From positions 74,710,001-74,774,000 of the forward strand of contig OX597827.1 of the NCBI GenBank assembly GCA_951406725.2: a DNA stretch of 64,000 nt, written 5' to 3'. Of this stretch, positions 57,770 through 64,000 are shown piece after piece. Positions within the stretch are counted from its first letter, which is position 1. Each line of letters starts with the position of its first letter. The notes beneath the pieces are model-generated. The model searched no databases. It saw nothing but the letters and a program-made list of their open reading frames with translations, and had not been told where the DNA came from. Source of the DNA: Octopus vulgaris (taxonomy: Eukaryota). A program made the position numbers and the translations under genes.

Positions 57770-58930
57770 ATATCTAAATGCAAAACTTCTGGGAAGTTTT
57801 ATAGATTCTTACAGTCCTAGTGGTGGATGGATCTGTAGTCTTCGAATTAGCTTTCTCCTTTCTGGTTTTGGGAAGCCATACTTCTCAAGATTGATAGTTA
57901 GGCAGTGTGTTACATATCACAGGGCCCCAATAATTACAGGTATAAACCTGAACTTGTAACCTGGATAGAATAACTTCAGATTTCTCGGTAGTTCAGCGTA
58001 GGTGTTCTCATTTTCACTGATCTTCATCTTCATGTTAACATGCGCTGGAAATTAGCAATTTCCACAACTGTGCATAGATTCTCTTCAACATCCCAAATCA
58101 TTATATCAGGTCTGTTGTGATAGCATCTTATTGAGGTCTTAACTGGGATATTCCACCTAATTATAGGTGGCTATGCCTTCTATCATACTTTGGGTTCTTA
58201 ATTCCTTGTCCTCGAGGATGTCCTTCTGACGGATTTCATTATAGAATGTCCTAACTACAACATAATGTCTCATCGACTGATAACATTTTCGGACAACTGC
58301 TAATGATGTGGGTGATATCTTCGGTGTTAACACTACAAAGTCTGCATCGGTTGTCACATCTTACTGAATTTTCCTGTATTCCTAATCCTTTTGTGCATCC
58401 TGTTCCTGGATTGCAAGTGCATACCCTTCAAAGTGGACGATAGTAATCCGGCTATTGGTCCATGATAAACCGCTTTGATGATCGATGTTACTATCATCTC
58501 GGAGCGTTCTACAGCCTTCTGCTCATCTAGGCTCATCCTTTCATCTGATGACGTTGCCCTAGTGTCGTGCTACTTATTTTGCGCATGTACTCTAGGTTAT
58601 CAGATAAAGAGTGTTGTTCTAGAAGGTGCCTCCCATGTCTTACGATATTGTTAGCCTCATGTATGCAAACATGATCAAGGGATGCACTTCGACACTTGGT
58701 GGTTAAAAGATTTTGTCGAAGGGATTTGATGAAATAATCAAAGGCATTTTGGATCGATGTTAAGCCACTGCCACTTTGTTTTCGATTTGGTTAGGGGTTG
58801 TGCACGGCACTGTTTATGCGGAAATCATGTGTACTTGTTAGTATTCTTCGGGTTTTCACATCAATGACTCGGATCTTATCAAGCGTCCAATCAAGCTGCC
58901 CAAATGATGGCATGAATACTGGCACTGCAG
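57770..58930 (-). mobile_element. 3' part of an RLE-type LINE
   Basis: PVFMPSFGQLDW...IDVKTRRIL, PDIMIWD and YKFRFIPVIIGAL; related to 16640-18290. Confidence 0.75.
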
Positions 58931-58934
58931 ATAT

Positions 58935-59165
58935 ATGTATGTATGCATGCATGTATGTATGTATGTATGCATGCATGTATGTATGTATGTATGTATGTAT
59001 GTATGTATGTATGTATGTATGTATGTATGTGTGTATGTATGTATGTATGTATGTATGTATGTATGTATGTATGTATGTATGTATGTATGTGTGTGTGTAT
59101 GTATGTATGAATGTATGTATGTATGTATGTATGCATGCATGTATTTCTGTATGTATGTATGTATG

Positions 59166-59231
<66 letters not shown>

Positions 59232-59265
59232 GTGTGTGTATGTATGTTTGTGTGTATGTATGTGT
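58935..59265. repeat. (TATG)n(TATC)n microsatellite
   Basis: Directly visible. Confidence 0.95.
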
Positions 59266-59652
59266 AAAAGCTTATTATAATGGGCGTTATGTCTGTCCGT
59301 CTGTTCTCTTTTCACGGTCAAACAGCAGGATTGATGGTTACGATGTTTTTCGGGATTACAGAGGTAATCAGGAAGGTTTTTTTTTATCGAAAATGTGGAA
59401 AAGTATGATTATTTAGTGGATATTAAGTTTTGTATTAATAAATTACCTTTGATATTTTGTTAATAAAATTCAGGCGACGAGTATTAACTCCACTCGGAAT
59501 AGTTCGTAGGACGGACACCTATATGGAAATGGGGTAAACTGTACATTGTTTTCTTTGGGGTCGCACAAGTGGAACATAATTTAATCTTGAATTTAAGGAA
59601 GGTTCAGTTATGTGAACATTATATAATGTATGTATGTATGTATGTATGTATG

Positions 59653-59714
<62 letters not shown>

Positions 59715-59909
59715 GAGAGGGGGTTATGAGAGGTAATGGTGTCAATAAGACCCAAAGGTGTCAGGTAATGCTGAGTAAGTGCTCTGGATAGACCATAGTT
59801 AAGCTCCAGGTTCGGTGATTATACGAATAAGGAGTCTAACGTAGGTCATTTATCAGCGAGTGTATATATATTTGTTCTCAAACATCAAATATATCATATA
59901 ACGCTTACT

Positions 59910-60590
59910 TCAGTCAATTACAATGCGGCATTATAAGATGACAGTTTCAGTCATGCGCACTTGTAACGTGTGTATCGTCTGCTCCATTCTAACGAGAAAC
60001 TACTGATGAAACATATGTACGCCTTTGCTGACGTTCGAACAAAATACTGTAATATCTTTCAAAATCACACAATCTGTAAATTTTTATGAAGTCCTCTTTA
60101 TTGTTTATAATGCTACAAGAAATATGAAGACTAACCAAACGTTTACTGCAGTACTTCATGATAATATACGGTATGTAGATAGGTTTCTTCCAATCTACTA
60201 TAATCCACATATTGTACAATTTCGTATCATTCTAAATCTGATAAGTAAGGTTCAGAAACTAGAGTACTGAGCAGAAAAAATTATTATTGTTCGATATTTG
60301 TAACTTCGTAGATGTTTTTCCTTTTGTTTTATAATAACGATATTTCATTGATGTGAATGATAAATTCAATAAAAACGTATTGTAAGATACAATATTACAA
60401 TACTTATCAAGTTCCAGTATCACACATTTCTTTATTTTTCTAGCTCCATATAGACTTTGTCTGATACATACAATACTTCAATACATTTACGTGTTAAGAA
60501 GTTGCCTTGTAATTATAAGAATGTTACACGTTACAATATTTAAAGTATGATGCAAACTTGAACTTTTCAGTGCGATAATAAATGTTCGGA
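59910..60590 (-). pseudogene. Decayed coding block, FN3-like, copy 1
   Basis: The minus frame MWIIVDWKKPIYIPYIIMKY...ISCS...IYRLCDFERYYSIL is conserved with copy 2; stops occur in the flanking parts. Confidence 0.5.
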
Positions 60591-60664
60591 TGAAGATCTT
60601 TCAAAATAGGTGTGTGGAAATCCAGTACGTACAAACAACACACTGACACACATCATTATATGTG

Positions 60665-60728
<64 letters not shown>

Positions 60729-60753
60729 TTTTATATATATATATATATATATA

Positions 60754-62004
60754 TTGGTTTAGCAACTAAGTTACCGCCATTTTATAAAATTTTAATTTTT
60801 TAAAAGGTTCAATTAAAAATAACATCTAATTAATCAATAATTTATTTAACCTTATTGTTTACAACTTCTTCCAAACGTACAACAAGATTTTCAATACCTC
60901 GTTGGTATGAATCATCCGATTTCGACTCGAAAAATTGATCCAACCAAGCTCTGAATTCTGCATCGGTATTGAACGAAATTCCGCACATAGCATTTGAAAG
61001 AGATCGAAAGAGATGGTAATTCCTTGGTACCAAATGAAGAAAGTGCGGCGGGTGTGGTAACACTTCCCAGCCATGCATTTGAATGGCTTCCTTGGTCATA
61101 TTGGCGATATGAGGGCGGGCGTTGTCGTGCACCAGAAAAACACCATGCTGCCGATCAGGTCTTTTCTATTAAATAGCCGTGGTGAGTCGTGCCAGCTGTT
61201 GAACATGGAGTTCCGCGTTGACCGTTTGGTTCCGTTCAAGCAATTCGTAATGGATAATCCCTTCCCAGTCCCACCATACGCACAGCATCGTTTTACACGG
61301 ATGAAGATCTTGTTTCACGTGCGCTGTCGCTTGTAAGCCATTCCTTACACTGCTTCATATTGATGTACAGACACCATTTTTCGTTGCCAGTAACGATACG
61401 ATAAAGAAATCCTTGCTTGTGTCCATGAGTTGAGCAGTGACGAACAAGAATACCAGCGGAGATTGTGGCTCTTTGAATTGTGTTGTTGTCACTTAAAGCA
61501 TGCGGAACCCATGCTCATTACTTCTGAACATTTCTCATCGAGTGAAGATGCTTCTCTATAGCAGTGTGGGTGCATTCCATTTTCTCTGCCAGTTCCCTTG
61601 TTGTTTGACGAGAATTTTCGTGCAAAAGTTGGTTTAATCAGTCTTCAGCGAACTCAACTGGACGGTCAGAACGAAGTGCGTTTCTGATGTCAAAATTTCC
61701 ATTTTTGAACTTGGCATACTATTCACGAGCAGTTCTATCAGCTATGGCACCCTCTCCATACATATCACAAATGTCGCGAGCGGCTTTTGCGGACTTAGAA
61801 CCTAGTTTAAATGCAAAAAGAAGGAGGTATCCAAAATGCTCGTTTTTCTTAACTTGACATTCCATTTTAATGATCTGAAAATATACAAAATAGATTCCCA
61901 AATGATTCAAAAATAGAATTCTCGATAAGAATGGATTCCAAAATTGAAAAACGCAATAAAATCCAAAATTTAAAAAAGCGGCGGGAGCTTAGTTGCGAAC
62001 CCTA
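60754..62004 (-). mobile_element. Mariner element, full length, disrupted
   Basis: TIRs ttggtttagcaactaagttaccgcc / ggcgggagcttagttgcgaaccc; MECQVKKNEHF...AARDIC, HDNARPH, HPPH...NYHLF. Confidence 0.92.
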
Positions 62005-62374
62005 TGTGTGTGTGTGTGTGTGTGTACAAACTGGGACAAGAACGCATAACATTTAGAAGACGATACAAAAAACACGGCCGGGACATTCGAAGCTTTCAAT
62101 CTTCAGTCAAGAACCGGATCATCCTCGCAGTTTTGGCTTATTAATCTCGAGATTGCTCCAATCTGGCCAGCCCCAAGGAAAAACTAAGCTACGCGCATCA
62201 AACACGCACACAAACCGAGTTGCTTCCCCTTAATGAATGCGACGCCGTTCGAATTATATATAGAATCTACATTTAGCTTCCTAATTTTTCAGGATGATTT
62301 CAAATATTCTCAAACATTAAATATCTCCATTAATGCAAAGAATCTCGTAGAACCACGTAAAGAAACGCTCACTG

Positions 62375-63030
62375 TTGTCAATGACAACAAGGCATGATGG
62401 GAAAACAGTTTTTCGTGCATGCGCACTTGTAAATTCTCAATATCGTCTGCTACATATTCATAAGAAAGAACAGATGAAACAAATTTACATCTCTGCTGAT
62501 ATTCCATCTAAATACTGTAAGTTCTTTCAAAATCACACAGTCTATAAACTTTTCAATTCTTCTGTAGTCTTTATCATACTACAAGAAATTTTAAGGTAAC
62601 CAAACGTTCCCTTCTCTACTTTATAATAATATTCGTTATGTTCCCTATGTAGAAAGATTTCTTCCACTCAAGTATAAATCACATTTTGACCAATTTCCTA
62701 TCTTTATAAATTCGACATGTGAGTTTCAAGAACTACATGTTGCAAAACAATAATAGATTTATACAGTATTTCAATCCTCATCATTTACAATAGCGATAAT
62801 TCGTTGCTGTCCATTCTCATTTCAATAAAAACATATTGTAGGAGGGTATGTTACAATGCATATGAACGTCCACATCTCTGAAATATTTGTATGATTTTGA
62901 TATTTGGATATAGTGGTTGTCTTATACATGACCTACTTCACTCCATTTCCGTGCAGAAAATGGAAAGAAGTTGTCATTTAATTGGAAGAATGTTATACGT
63001 TTTGATATTTAAAGGCTGATGTAAAATGCA
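62375..63030 (-). pseudogene. Decayed coding block, FN3-like, copy 2
   Basis: The minus frame reads M*FILEWKKSFYIGNITNIIIK*...ISCSMIK...VYRLCDFERTYSI*MEYQQR, with stops and frameshifts. Confidence 0.5.
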
Positions 63031-63239
63031 ACAAAGCACACCATTTCATTGTAAAGAATAATGTTGCGTGTCGTCGTTTTTTATTCTTCCGTATATGCTA
63101 ATAAGCATGGGGAGACCAAGTACATCCAAAGAATAATGGGCAGATGTAACATAGAGCAAAACTTATATAGATTGAGAAACAAATGTATAACTACTGTTCA
63201 TTAATCGATATATGTTAAAAATAAGTATCATCTTATAGA

Positions 63240-63368
63240 GAGTGATAGAATAAGTACTGGGCTTACAAAAAAATAAGTCCTGGTGTCGAGTTGCTCGATT
63301 AAAGGCGGTGCTCCAGCATAGCCGCAGTGAAATGACTGAAACAAGTAAAAGAGTAAAAGAGTAAAAGA
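63240..63368 (+). mobile_element. SINE/LINE 3' end fragment with (GTAAAAGA)n tail
   Basis: ggcggtgctccagcatagccgcag...gaaacaagtaaaagagtaaaaga; an antisense relative lies at about 45165-45210. Confidence 0.55.
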
Positions 63369-63720
63369 TATAACTCGCTCTGAGATTTCTCATATATGTA
63401 TATATCGATATATATTTATGTTTATATATCGATGTAAAAATTAATCCCGCGTTCTCTTCTCCAACCCATATTTACCTTAGACTTACATTTTACCCCGTGG
63501 CTAAATGTGTCGCTCGGTTGGTTTATACGCATCAGTATATATCTGTATATCACCGCTCCCTTTATGATATATAGGTCTTCATTTAAGGGTATATTACATT
63601 GTGTGTGCGTGAGACAGACAGACAGACGGACAAAAGAGAGAAAGAGAGAGACGCAGAGAGACAGAGGGATTATGTGTGTCTCTGGTTGTATATGTGTGTG
63701 TCTGCTTACGTGCATATGTA

Positions 63721-63759
<39 letters not shown>

Positions 63760-64000
63760 GTATCTTATCTGTCTCCACACATTTCATGTATACATACGTA
63801 CATAAAATACATAAAAACGTATATATATATGTATACATATGTATACATGCGTACATAAAATACATATACATATGTATACATCGGTACATACAATACATAA
63901 AAACGTATATATATGTATGTATGCATAGTATCTACATATGTTCGAGTGATCTGCAATATTATCAAACGTCAAATATATCTTTTCATGTAAACGACTTGGC

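Overview
AT-rich, repeat-dense animal genomic DNA. The SINE, microsatellite and LINE content looks like an Octopus (coleoid cephalopod) genome; this is an inference. The main feature is the 3' part of a + strand receptor-type protein tyrosine phosphatase gene, which the ORF track mostly misses. I assembled it by hand as 17 GT-AG exons (4624-48541) that splice into one open frame: a basic, Tyr-rich juxtamembrane region, a D1 domain with intact HCSAGVGRTG and WPD but altered KNRY (KNLH) and E-loop, a heavily degenerate D2 pseudophosphatase (HSSDKFHKSG), and a C-terminal YSNF tail. The transmembrane and ectodomain exons appear to lie upstream of the window. Introns and flanks carry decayed Chapaev3-like, mariner/Tc1, Helitron, R4/Dong-like, CR1-like and Penelope-like elements and tRNA-derived SINEs. 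The most notable extras are a structurally complete type I hammerhead ribozyme on the sense strand of a PTP intron, a frameshifted paralogous copy of the last exon, two diverged pseudogenised FN3-like coding blocks on the minus strand downstream, tandem in-frame splice acceptors next to catalytic loops, and long intronic inverted repeats. Coordinates were counted by eye; repeat boundaries are approximate.
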